A stretch of 46,707 nucleotides of DNA from Intoshia linei. Taxonomy: Eukaryota; Animalia; Orthonectida. Of the stretch, positions 24,001 through 36,602 are shown in pieces. The first letter of the stretch is position 1, and every line of letters begins with the position of its first letter. A program made the translations under genes and the position numbers. The notes beneath the pieces were generated by a model. It had not been told where the DNA came from. It saw nothing but the letters and a program-made list of their open reading frames with translations, and did not search any database. The stretch is taken from the NCBI GenBank assembly GCA_001642005.1, contig LWCA01000158.1:1-46707 (forward strand). Direction: 5' to 3'.

Positions 24001-26866
24001 TCTTTTAATTAGAAAGTTATAAAAAAATTGAAATCAATAAGCTCTTAGATATATTTTAATAAATTCGTTGGTTATCTCGAGAAAAGGTTTTATGCTGTTT
24101 TTACGAACTAAGAAAAGAAATATCACCATTTTGCCTTCAAGAAAAATTATTTAATTTTGCAGGGTATTTAACTAATGAAAATAAGTTCACTAAATTAGCG
24201 TACCTAGCTGATATATTTTATTAACTTAACTGCTTGAATACTAGTATGCAAGGTAGGAATGAAAATATTTTAACGTCTACAGATAAAATTAATGCTTTTC
24301 AGAAAAATATCATAATTTGGATAAAAGCATATAATCAAAGGTAGTATGAAAATGTTTTCGAATGTTCATGAATGTAAATATGAAAACATAACAACATTGG
24401 TTTTGGAACATTTAGACACGCTATTAACAAATATTACTGCTTAATTTCCTTCAATATCGGTTAATACGTATGATTGGGTTAGGAATCCTTTTCTAAATTT
24501 TAGTTCAGATGAAAAGCAGTTTAAATTGACAGAAGAAATATAACTTTTTGGTATTTCAAGTGACAGTCACTGTGACAGAACTTTAAAATTGAAACATGGT
24601 AACTTAAATCTTGATGAATTTTGGTTATAACTAGGGCGATTTTTTTATAACCTATAAATACAAAAAAATTTAACTTACAAATTAAATTTATTTAACTTTA
24701 TTAACTTTTGGAAAAAAAATTCACGTAGTGTTATTTTTTTCGTTAAATTTTTTTCTGAACAGTGATGACATCTCTTATTCGCCATAATAATAATATTTCG
24801 GGAGTTTTATCGGCTGTAGCACTATTATATAAATTTTAAAACATAATTGTATTGCCATTATTAGATAGTTCTGTTGTAAAACAAGCAGCGTTATCTTATG
24901 TCCGTAAATATCTAATTCAGGGTTTCATAACGTTTTTTAAATTTAGTACCCCGTTAGTCATATCCACTATTTCTAATACACCTGTAAAAAATAGAAAAGT
25001 GGTCCACTNGGGTTTTGTCGGCTGTAGCACCGTTATATAAATTTTAAAACATAATTGTATTGCCATTATTATATAGTTCTGTTGTAGAACAAGCAGCGTT
25101 GTCTTATGTCCGTAAATATCTAATTCAGGTATTAAAATTTCATAATAACCTTTTTTAAATTTTGTACCCCGTTAGTCATATTCACTATTTCTAATACACC
25201 TGTAAAAAATAGAAAAGTGGTCCACTAGATACAAAAGGTTTCCGATCCCTAATTAAAGTCTTAATAAAGATGTATATTAAGTGTATTATTTGTTATAGTC
25301 CAAAATCAAATATTTTTTAATATTATCTTTTAAAAAGTTTCTTTGTTGTGTTTTGTTTAATTATTTTTAATTGTAGAATCAAGAGTATGAATGACCATTT
25401 GTCCGTTCATATTACTTGTAATATTTTTACAATCATATACTATTACATTCTGAGGTGTTTCTAATGTTCCGATCATAGTATTAATGTACTTATAATGAAT
25501 CTATTTAAATCAGTTTCGTCCATAATCATAAAGATTAATTTATTAATATAATAATTTTTTATTCTCTCCATTTTCTTCAAATACAAATCATCAATGTTAT
25601 TTCTGCAATTGCTTTCAGATGGCAAAATTATTCCCTTATTTTAAATATTGTTCTTAACTTGACGTTATTTAACTTTTTAGAGATATGTCCGCAGATAGAA
25701 ATGCTTCAGCAATTTCTGTTGCAAAGTCATTCGATGTTTTAATTGAACTTCCAATGCTGACAATATGCAGACAACTCTTTTGCTAATTTGCGGTGTAATT
25801 AAACAAAATTTAATTTTTAAAAGTAACATTGCAACATTTTACACAAAATAAATTGTCGTCATTCTCAGTAAATTCACTAAAATAAAGTTTTGTAATATTG
25901 TAAATTTGTTCATATTTAGATTTCGCATATTTATAATATTTGATATATTGATACATTGATGAAAATTAATAACAAGTTTATTTACTACAATCATGCATAA
26001 AATAAAAGTACAAAACAAAACGAAAGTGTATAAAACAAAATTAATGTTTGAAAATATAATTTAACTTTCAAAAATAAAATTTAACTTTTGACAAATATTA
26101 TTTAACTTTATTAACTTCATCAAATTTTAATTAGCCAATTAATACAGGTAAAATTAGTATCATTGTGATTGTAATTTGATGCTTATAAACATATCAAAAT
26201 TTGCCCTAATTAAAAAATAATCGCCCTAGTTATTAGACTAACAACTAATAATTAGTTAAAAAGAAATATTCTATAATTGCAGAGAAAGCCTTAAAAATTC
26301 TAATCCAATTTTCAACATCTTACTTGTGTGAATTGGGATTTTCTGCATTGACAGCAATTAAGCATAAGAAACGGGCAAAGCTGCTGTCGGTAGAAGAAGA
26401 ATTTCAAATATGTCTCTCAAAAACACGTCCAAGAATTAAAAACCTCTGTAAAAAATATCAAACCAAATTTCTCATTGAGAAGGAAAAATAAATTTCTTTA
26501 TTAAAAAATTTATGTTTTCAATATTAGAAGCGTAATTTTTTAATTAAAAATCAAATTGTTTTATATATGCGACATGCGAAAAAAAAATTTAATCATGCTT
26601 TTAGATGCCGCGATTTTTTGAAATTTCATAAGGGTTCCGCTCAGTAAAAAAGATTGACAAACACTGACATAATCTAAACATACGCAAAACAATAAACATA
26701 AATTAACGAATATTTAAAATTAAATATACAATGAAAAATTCCATACAAATTGTTCACTTTCCAGATTTTCAATTTTCGAATTTAGTTTTTCAATTTCATT
26801 GCTTTGTTTTTCGATGAATTGCATATACCTTTCATTTAAAATATCATAAGTTTCTTTAACATCCAT
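21079..26866 (-). CDS. SPATA24: SPATA24-like coiled-coil protein, 5 exons (26866-26747, 22568-22530, ~21994-21864, ~21492-21422, ~21263-21079); missed by the ORF track
   Basis: Spliced translation MDVKETY...IEKQSNEIEKLNSKIENLESEQF|INSDLTENIINLE|QEQLEHCKTKSKLQCTQDKLDLAISEIKLLKKQLCAEKKVF...LRIQQDKFLSNII resembles the SPATA24 HxKTK...EKLQFALGEVEVLSKQL and QQESY motifs. Splice phases are consistent; exon 2 is the least certain. Confidence 0.75.
22847..23079 (-). mobile_element. Short non-autonomous Helitron-like element (microsatellite-bearing Lep1/HINE style)
   Basis: On the minus strand it begins A|TCCTTACTTATATA, has a TGTT/TGTC microsatellite, and ends CCACCCGTCCTAG. Similar ends occur at ~29670-29778 and ~30190-30250. 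Confidence 0.5.
23489..26666 (+). mobile_element. hAT (Buster/Charlie) transposon, deleted, with transposase remnant, in SPATA24 intron 1
   Basis: TIRs CAGTGGTTCTCAA / TTGACAAACACTG, subterminal GGGTTCCG motifs, perfect 8-bp TSD ACATAATC. Degenerate ORF IRWLSREKVL..FYELRKEI, KLAYLADIF, SMQGRNENI, YDWVRNPF, and after the nested insert LKILIQFSTSYLCELGFSALTAIKHKKR. Confidence 0.93.
24632..26228 (-). mobile_element. Nested hAT-like element with CGGBP1-like transposase remnant
   Basis: TIRs TAGGGCGAT / ATCGCCCTA, imperfect TSD GTTATAAC/GTTATTAG. It interrupts the host transposase at EFWL|LVKKKYS. Minus strand reads DFATEIAEAFLSADISLKKLNNVKLR...LPSES...IMDET. Confidence 0.78.
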
Positions 26867-28830
26867 AATATTTTTGATTCATGGTGATAGATAAACAACG
26901 TATAGTCTTAACCAAATACAAATTTAATTCTGCAAATATTTAATTCAATTTACATGTATTTTAAATTACATGTTAATTAATTTTATTTTAATACCACTTT
27001 GATTTTTTTGTACTTTGTACAAACAGCAGCTAGCTCTGCCGTAAGCGGACTTTTCTATCTCTACCAAATAAATAAATTCAATAATAAAATCTTACTTAAA
27101 AGTGCTATTATTCACTATTATCAATGATTTTAAGAAGTGATCCTTAAATTAGACTTATAAACTTTTTTCACCATTGACATTCACATAACTTTTAGGCCTA
27201 ATTTTTATATAATGCAAAAAAAACAATAATAATAATAAAAAAATTTTAAAGAATTTTTAGGGAAATATTTTGAATTGAAATTTTAAACGATTTTTTTTAA
27301 ATATATATTTTAAAAAGAGTTTTACTTTATTATATAATTTAGAATATATGATTATTTATGTACAGCTTAATAATTTTAATAAAAATCGTATTTTAGAGAT
27401 ATTTTTTTAAATTACCCTATTGATATCAAACATGATTAATAACAACATTAATGGAAAAAATAAACATAAATCTGTATTTCATAATATTTAAATTATATTA
27501 AATTTTATTTTAATTGAACCTTTTTTTTCAAATACATATAAGCAACAAAACGATATAATTAAAAAAATCAAATGTAAGAATTAATCGGATACAAGTTTAT
27601 CATACCTAGGTTTTGTTAGATATGAAGGACATGTTGTAAAATTTACAATGTAAACAATCAATTTCAAAATTTGAATGTAGACATAAGTATAAATCATGAT
27701 TTAACGGGCCGCACAATAGTATCTTGCGTTCCGTGGTTTCCCACCACTGCGGTAGGATATTTGCAAATTTTTATATAAAAAGTACACCCAACATATATAA
27801 TATATGTAAAATGTATATTATTAGTAATTAGTAATAATACATTATGTATGTAAGATAATTACTTATATAAAATTTAATATCAATGTGTGTCTGCGTGTGT
27901 GTTACCATATATTTAAAAAATTATCAGTTGTAGAATTTTAAGGATGATTTTATTTTAAAACGAAACAAACCAACTTAGGTTTTTGACTTTGAAGAACTCA
28001 ACTTTGAAACAAGAAACATAGATATAAACATCACTCGCGAAAAATTGTATTGTAAATTTGTTTAATTTAATTTCTCAGTCTGTTAATTTTTTAAATAATG
28101 GGGAACACACATACAATGTACTTACAATTTTACAGAGTTGTTCACTTATATATACACTTTTGTTTATTTTGAATTTTCAGATTATTTTTTTATCAAACCT
28201 TAAAGAGGAGGTTTTTTAAGATTTATTTATACAACCCCTTGAAGGGAAGCAGTGCACTGATATCTATCAATACTGTGTTAATTAATTATTAAATTAAAAA
28301 ATATTATAAAAATAATATGAATTTCATAGTAATGTAATTTAATACTAATGAGAAATCAAAATTAAATTAAATAATATTGAAATTTATAGCTAATTATTTT
28401 TTCAGGTTATCTATTGTGAGTTAAAATTTGTAACTATATTGTGTAAATTATTAAATTTTATTTGATTTGATAAAATTTGTGTCAAAGTCCAATTTAATCA
28501 ATACATAAATTAATAAATTTTAAATAATATAGAACTTTATATAACCTAAACAAAGAAACTATTGTTAGTATTTAGTGGAAACTTATTAATCAAATTGAAA
28601 CTTAGTTTTTCTTTGAGTTAATAGAATTAAATGATTGGAAATAAAAAAGAAAGCTTCACTTAATTTGAATGTACAATACAGTTAAATTTGTGAAAATAGT
28701 ACACTCCATGTGCATAATATTTCTACCATGCATTACATTTAAATGTATAAACTTTGATTTACAGGTTAAATCATAATTGATATTATATTATTAACCAATT
28801 TAAAATGGGTTCAAACCAATTAAAAAATCC

Positions 28831-31800
28831 ATGCTAATGAATCCAAAAGATATAAACAAAATCGAAAACTCTATTAGTGCTACTATAGCACAATTTAAGT
28901 GTATCAAAAAACATAAAAATTTATCATGTGCAACTCGACTCAAAAAATTTGATCAAATACAAATGAATGAGGTAACTAATTTGTTAATTTTAATTATACG
29001 CATCATTACATTTTATTTTGTTGCCGGTAAATTCCTTTATAATAATAACGCGTTATAATTACTTGTGTAAAAATAATATAGATTATTGCTGACTTTAAAA
29101 AATACATTAAAATTGTAATTTTGCTAATCAAATTTCTCATTACATTGGAAAAGAGGTATTGTTGTTAATACATTTGTGAATTTGTAATATGGTTAGATTT
29201 ATCGACAGTAAATCCAATCGAAAATATCGTAATACTGTCGATTCAACCCAAGTTGATGACAATCTTATTTTCAATGTATCAGAATTTCGAGCCACGTCAC
29301 ACATTTCAATTAGCCAAGAAATTAAAAACATCATATCGATGCCTATGGAAGAGAGGAATCAAGCCCAAATTAAAATTGTACCTTTTTATGTAAATTATAA
29401 TGCATATTTTTAGATTATGAATCACATGCAACGGATTGAATCTTTTGCAGAGTATCCAATTCACATCCAGCAATTGCTTTGCAAAGTTTGCACACTTCAA
29501 AGGTTTAATTTCTAGTTACGTTTTTAAATTTTTGATAGAATTCCAGCTGGACGCGTCATTATTCGTTACGGTCACATTGCGGAAAATTATTACATAATTT
29601 TATCTGGGACTGGTAAATTTTAATTAAACTTAATATTAATTAATTTCTAAATAATCTGTATTAGGCAGAAAAACAGACAAATAGATAAACAGACATACAG
29701 TTTCAATAAATTATGTCTAGTTTATATAATTATATTACATTATTATAATTATATATATTATATATTATTAGTAAGGATTATTATTTTTTTTGATTTTTTT
29801 CAATTAATTTTTTGTTTCAATAAAATAATTACCAATTAAAAAAATAAATATCATATTGATTTTTTGACAGTAGAAGCGCCCTTTGTGATATAAAAATTTT
29901 TTGTGTGTGTTAACTAGACATACCTGTATGATCTGTAATTTTATTTAAAATTCTAGGATAACAATTTCAATATAATTTAATTTTTTGAAAGAAGGGAATT
30001 TGGGGTTTTTATTGTCAAAATGCACTTTTTTGGGTTAGCGATTTTTTGCTAATGTTCATGATTTTAAAAATTATTACAGAATTTATGTTTTATAAAATTT
30101 TAGTATTTTTTTCATCTTTGATTTAACTTTTAAAAAAAAAGAGAAATTGGATTTTGTGAAATTTTAATTGTTAATTTTTTCAATAAACGGCAACAGACAG
30201 AGTGACCCAGACACACATACACTCACATTTAATTTTATATGTTAGCTAGTGTTAGATACTAGATTTATATTTTACTAAAAACGCATGCCGCTACTGGGTA
30301 GGTCCTAACCACTTAGTTACGTTTTAACAAGGAAATCAAAAATTATAATATAAAGATTATATTCATAATAATGTTGCTTACAAATTGGCTATCAGTTACG
30401 AGCATTTCATTCAAAATGTTTAGTCCTTTTCTCTCATAAAGTTATTAAATGTAGTATAAATCCGTCCAACATGTCTTTTTTCCATTTTTTGCATTTTTTT
30501 ACTACAATTAAAACTCTCAGATATAGAATTTTATATTTTAGTTTTAATTTTTAAAAATCATAATAATATGTTTAAATTTAGTTGAAATTTCCATAATTGA
30601 CAAGTTTGGAAACAAAAACATTGTTGCTATATTAGGAAAGGGAAAATCATTTGGTGTAATAATGTTAACGTTAATGTTAATCTAATGAAGGTGGAAAGTA
30701 GAGTTCTGCAACAAGATCCGAAACACGAATTTGGAATCGTGTTGAAACTTTTATTATATTTCGTGTTCGTGTTCGGATCGTGTTACAAAATTTAAAAAAA
30801 TCATTTTTTTTCATAGAACGTTTCATGGTTTCAGTTTTAAAAATTTAACAACGATAATATTCCAAACTCAAATTTTTAAAAATATTGACATGAAAAAGAT
30901 GTGCGTAAACATTTTAAGCCCGTCATACATTACAATACAATGTTTGTTCCGGTGCAAACAATGAAAAAAAATTTATTTCAACAAATACATCATGTAATTA
31001 AAAAAAAATAATTATTTATTCATGTTGTCAATTTTAATAAAAGTGGGTTATTTTGGTTTGATCGTTATTTTGTTAACCAAGCAATACAGGATATACGATT
31101 ACGATTAAAAATAATCTTAATATCAGTTGACATTTATATGAATTGGTTTTTAAAAAATTATTTTTAAATTTAATTTAGACATTTCGTGTTTTGAGTTTTT
31201 AACTAACTAATCTTAACTTAATTTAATTATTTTTTGTTAAATTAAATTTTAATCGTGTTTTGGAATAAAAATTTTCGTTTCGTTCGTACATACATCTCAA
31301 CAGGATCCAATGTAGAACCAGGGTTGCTAACTGCGTTATTTTCCACCTGAGAATTCGGGGTTTCAAATTCAACTCAGGGCTCAGGATTAAGTGATATTTC
31401 TCAGGGTAATTTAATTATTTCAATCAAAATCATCATATCAGACATATTTCATTTATATTCTATAATTTTTTTCTCTATGGTAAAAGACTCTTCGTGTTAG
31501 CAGTTAATTGTATTTTATTATATAGTGACACCCATATTTTGTTTTTTTTCTTTAAAGTATTCATCATGAAGTCTATTTGCTATTTGTAATGAAAAATTTA
31601 AAGTATTCATTTTGAAATTTGCAATAAAAATTATGTGTAAACTGTTATTATTTTTTGAAGAAGATACCCCAAAGTAAACGAGGGTCACCCTAAAAAATTT
31701 TTCGCTTACGGCGAAATTGCATAACACGCTGCGCTTCACTATATGGCGCTTCGCTTAAAAATTCGGGTTGAGCATAACTTAATGTTGGTAACTCTGTGCA

Positions 31801-34161
31801 GAACTCTAATTGACAGTGTTTTTTAAGATTTAGTGATTATTTTAAGATTATGAATAAAGTTGTCTATTTACAAGATGTTTATAAAATTTTTTGATCAGAT
31901 AGCAAATAGCAAATCAAACTAAAAAAGCTTAAATTATATAACTAAAAAATTTTACATAGGTGTACGGCCGTATACGGCCTTATTGCACTACTCTAAAGTT
32001 GAGGGTGTACCCTAAAATTATTATAGTGATATTTTCAATTCTTTTAGTTTTGTATTTATCGTGAAATTTGCATTAAATAATAATAACAATAATAATAACA
32101 AACAGCGAATCAAAGTTTTAGGTTTTTGATATATTGTTTTAAAAAACAAAAACCATTTACATTTCGTCGGTTTATTCAAATTTCCCTTTAGATTGTTGTA
32201 ATGATATTGTTTATTTTCAACATTTCAAAACTCTCTTTAGTGTGAAATTAATTTTATCTGGGTGCACGACAAAAAGTTGAAAATTATCTATTAGTGTTAT
32301 CAAAAAATGTGTATTTTTTTCTATCATAATAATTATTATTTACAATAAAAAATAAAATTATCAAAACCTATTTTGTCACTAGCAATGTAATAATATATAT
32401 TCAGTACCAATTTAATAAATACTTAAAAATACCTATTATGTATCAATAATTAACGGAATCAGCGCTTTGTATACATAAGGGTGTAAATTTTTTCACTTTT
32501 TTGCGAAAATACAAAAGTGCCACCCCATACGTGGAAGATGGGGTTAAATGATACACAATTATCAAAAAATTATATAGAAAGGAATTAAGAAAATTGTCAT
32601 ATATTACAGCGGTTCTTAACCTTTTTCAGGCCATGGCCCTTGTAGTTTTAATTTAAATTTTAAACAAAATGTTTTGGAAATGAGAATTTGATATTTAAAA
32701 ATTGCGCAGCAATGAAAAAATTCAGAAGGAATGAATTATATAGATTTTCATCCATATTTCTATATTGGAAATGTGTAGACGTTCAATTTTTTTTGATCAT
32801 TTTTTGATCATATCATTAAAATTCATAAAATTGTAGGAATTGGCTCTTTTACACGGGACACGCCGAAATGCCACTGTAATGTCAAAAATGAATATGGAAC
32901 TGATTGTTATAGGTCGACATTCTTTTCAAAACATTTTTTTGGAAAATAAAAATGGAGTATTTCAAGCTCATATAAAATTTTTATGGTAATTGTTTACTTT
33001 CATTAATAATTTCATTTATTTGAATATTTTTGCACTTTATTGCTTTTAGTAATTTAAAAATATTTGAAAATTGGCCAACTAAACGTCTTTATGAAAATGA
33101 AAAATATTGTTTACTGCATTATTACAAGTTTTTTATCAATACAATAATTATAATTTCTAAACAAAACCATTTCAAAATCTTTTGAACTACAAAATCAAAA
33201 GAAAACTAATACAGTATATGTAGTCCCAGAAATTTGAAAAATAAAAATGTCAAATTAATTTTAAATTATTTTTTTCCTTTTTAAAAATAAGATAAATTTT
33301 TACATGTTAATAAATAAATGTTTATTATTTCAACTACTAATTATAATTTACTTTAGAAGAGACAGCATAATTGTATCAGACCCGCTCAAATCTGAATGGA
33401 TATATTTTATAAAATGGGTAAAGTCACTCTAAATAAATTTACCTTTTTACAATATGGCTATTTGGACTACACTTTGTATTATAAAATATTGCAATTTTCA
33501 TTGGGCACATTACATTTATACCCTTTTTGAATTGTACAAATGACTACATTATATTAACTTTTAAGAAATTGATATCTTTTTAATAATAAATTAGGGATCA
33601 TGCCGTATATTAAAGAAACTAAACATATCAAAATTGAAAAAGGATAATCTGAATATTTACAAAGATATTTTTACCCCAGAAATTGTCCTATCAAATATAA
33701 AAGGACATATTTCGGTTTTTGAAAAAAAATAAAATTAAACCAACTTTTAGGACAATTACATTTTAGATGACACAACAAAAATTAAAAAAAGTGAAACATT
33801 ATACATTTGCATAAAAAATTTGAAATCTAAGGATTGCTTTGTATATAAAAATTTACTTTAAATTTAAACTTTAATAGGGTTTTGATATAGACAATAAAAA
33901 CGGAAATCAAGAAAACGTGTCATTGGTGATGCATGTATTATAATCTAATTATTAATCTAGGTCAGTAACGGAGCTGAATGCATAGTTTTATCCAAAAAAC
34001 TTTTTTACAAACATGCCAATCAATCCGTACTAAGTGAAACTCACAAACACTGCCAGTTACTGCCTACAAACAGTGAATTATTAGAACACTTACAATTGCT
34101 AGTGAAATGGAAAGAGTACAAAAAAAGTTTAATTAAAGATGTAACAAAAAACAAAAAATGA
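28831..34161 (+). CDS. CNBD2: Cyclic nucleotide-binding domain protein (CNBD2-like, two cNMP domains), multi-exon; start uncertain
   Basis: Exons ESFAEYPIHIQQLLCKV, GRVIIRYGHIAENYYIILSG, ILGKGKSFG|ELALLHGTRRNATV (phosphate-binding cassette), IFENWP, SEWIYFIK|GSCRILK, VSNGAECIVLSKKLF..WKEYKKSLI. TGA at 34159-34161. Confidence 0.82.
30699..31808. mobile_element. hAT-like element (TAG termini) whose right TIR is interrupted by a second hAT
   Basis: TAGAGTTCTGCA...TGCAGAACTCTA termini, with subterminal CACGA/TCGTGTT repeats. Confidence 0.65.
31319..31796. mobile_element. hAT MITE
   Basis: TIRs CAGGGTTGCTAAC / GTTGGTAACTCTG. TSD TGTAGAAC / TGCAGAAC (7/8). Confidence 0.75.
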
Positions 34162-34556
34162 TAAATGTCGAAATTTAATACATTGTTTCTATTGATTCAA
34201 TTTAATTTTGTATAATTCATAATTGTCATTCAATCATAAACTCTGTGTTAGTCGGACAAATTATGACTAGACAAAATAAGGATTAAAATATATCCATAAC
34301 AATTAAAAGGATAACAATTATTTTCACGTTGTCAAGTTGTGCATTACGCATAAAGCGCGATTAATACGATTTTATTTTAATCTTCCGTTCTGTAAAAGAA
34401 TATATTGTCTTTAACGATAAAAGATCAATAAACGATAATTAACCCGGAACAATTTTATACTTACATTTAGTAAGTAACATGATTACTTTATTGTTTGTTT
34501 TTATTGTTTTCAATAAAACATTTTCAATATATTTTAATTTAGATTAATTAAAAAGC

Positions 34557-35952
34557 ATGCAAACTCTTATGAGAATAGCTACTAGGTCTCCTAGTATAAA
34601 ACCAAAAAGGTTACTAAATTAAAGCATTATATTTACTTTTAATTAGATTCGACGATGTAATTGATCGATTAAATCACTATTATACGCTAATTATACTGAT
34701 TGCTTTTGCATTTACTGTAACGATGCATTCGTATGTCGGGAAGCCAATTGTTTGTTGGGCACCAAAGCATTTCACTGGAAGCCATATAAAATATTCAAAC
34801 AGTTTTTGTTGGGTTCGAAACACTTATTTCCTTAATTTTCTTGACGCTGTACCGAAGCGAGGTGAGCCAAGAGATTACATTCTATATTACCAATGGATGC
34901 CTTTTGTATTTATGGCTCAAGCTTTATTGTTTCATTTACCAAACCTTTTTTGGAGAAATTTGAATTCAAAGGCAGGAGTTGATTGTGATGATATTTTGCA
35001 AAATACTTATACGTTTGTAAAACAACGAGACTATGAGAAATCTGAAAAATATAGGAACCTTATTATTACCCAAACTGACAGATTTTTAACCAAATCTAAA
35101 AAAATTGACGTTAATAAAGGATTTGTGGAACGATTTAGACAATTTGTATTGTCTCCGATAAACCCTTTTAGCAGCAAATCTTATGGTCATTATCTTTTTA
35201 CAATTTATATGATGACAAAGTGCTTGTACATTATTAATATAGTTGCTCAATTATTTGTCCTTAATCAACTATTTTCCAATAAATACAATTTATTTGGGTT
35301 AGACATGTTTAATGCCATGATTAGTAATGATGAATCTGGAGTTTTCAATAATAGTACCTTTCCTCGTGTCACCATGTGTGATCTCAAAATTCGGAGACTG
35401 GGCAATGTTCAGGATTATACGTTGCAGTGTGTTTTACCAGTTAATTTGTACACTGAAAAAATGTACGCTTTTTTGTATTTCTGGTTTTTAATGGTTTCTG
35501 TTATTAACATTATTAATTTATTTGTGTGGTTGGCTGTTGGATTTTCCAAGAACGACAAGAGAAATTATATTAAAAACCATTTGCATGATGGATCCATCAA
35601 GAATAATACCTTTCTAGATCAGTTCATTTTTGATTATCTTAGATTGGATGGAATATTATTATTGAAACTGATTGGTCACAACACCTCTAGCTTGGTATTT
35701 TTTTAATTCACGTTTCTTGAATATCCATAATCGTTATAGGGATTTAGTATTTAACTAGCACATTATTTTTTTATTCATAATTTTTAGACTGTAAACATTC
35801 TTATAATCGGGTTGTGGAAAAAATTTTTAACTTATAAAATTGGTCCAAAAAGAAAAGATAGCGACCTTAATGAAAAAACAAATGTGGCGCCGTTACCACC
35901 ATCCGATGAAAAACAAACATTGATTAATAATGATAATAAACTAGCTGTATAG
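34557..35952 (+). CDS. inx: Innexin B, close paralogue of innexin A, 3 coding exons
   Basis: MQTLMRIATRSPSIKPKR|FDDVIDRLNHYYT...VCWAPKHFTGSH..FCW..YYQWMPF..FPRVTMCD..QCVLPVN...GHNTSSL|TVNILIIGLWKKF...KLAV*. Same two intron positions as innexin A. Confidence 0.96.
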
Positions 35953-36602
35953 GATTAAATTAATTTTTACATAATTGTTTAAAAGTCATCTTTTAACGTT
36001 TTTGAATGAACAATAATTAAAATGTTGTTGGAAGAGCAGTTAACTTAATTCTAGAAAAAATCAATTGAAACTACTGGTTCGAGGTCAAAAATTTTTTGAA
36101 ACTCTTGTTCTCGTTTCGACCATAATGCACGGTAAAATATCACTAATATCTATAACACTGCTAATTTATCATGAGTATGATCATTGATCATACTTGAAAA
36201 ATCATTATTTTATTATAGTTTTCAAAATCTCCTAAAAGTAATATATTGTTTGGTTCCGAGAACTTTAAATTAATATTAAACAGAAAAATGTATGCAGTTA
36301 CAATTTAGCTAAACATCATTTGTGTCTGTTACGGTTTATTTAAGAAAGTAATTAGGTAGTTAATAATACTAAGTTGGAATAGTTTTTCTATGGAGGTTTT
36401 ATCGCAAATTTCTTTTTCAAAAATTATAGATATTACCATACATTTCAATTTCAAAAACAATATCTTCAAGGCCAAAACAGTAAATTATTCATTATTTTAA
36501 AAGATGGAATAAACTAATAATCATAACATTTTAAAAAGATCACATTTACAATATACCTACAGTAGGATGTGAATTTTAATAGTTTTTTTTTGGTAATTTT
36601 AT

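Noticed and set aside
24800-25228. ~210-bp tandem repeat inside the nested hAT
   Set aside because: The junction is the N at 25009, so it is probably allelic contig ends joined in tandem.
1140-35952. Piezo plus innexins plus cNMP-binding protein as a mechanosensory gene cluster
   Set aside because: Unrelated housekeeping genes are interspersed and orientations are mixed. Nothing in the sequence supports functional clustering.
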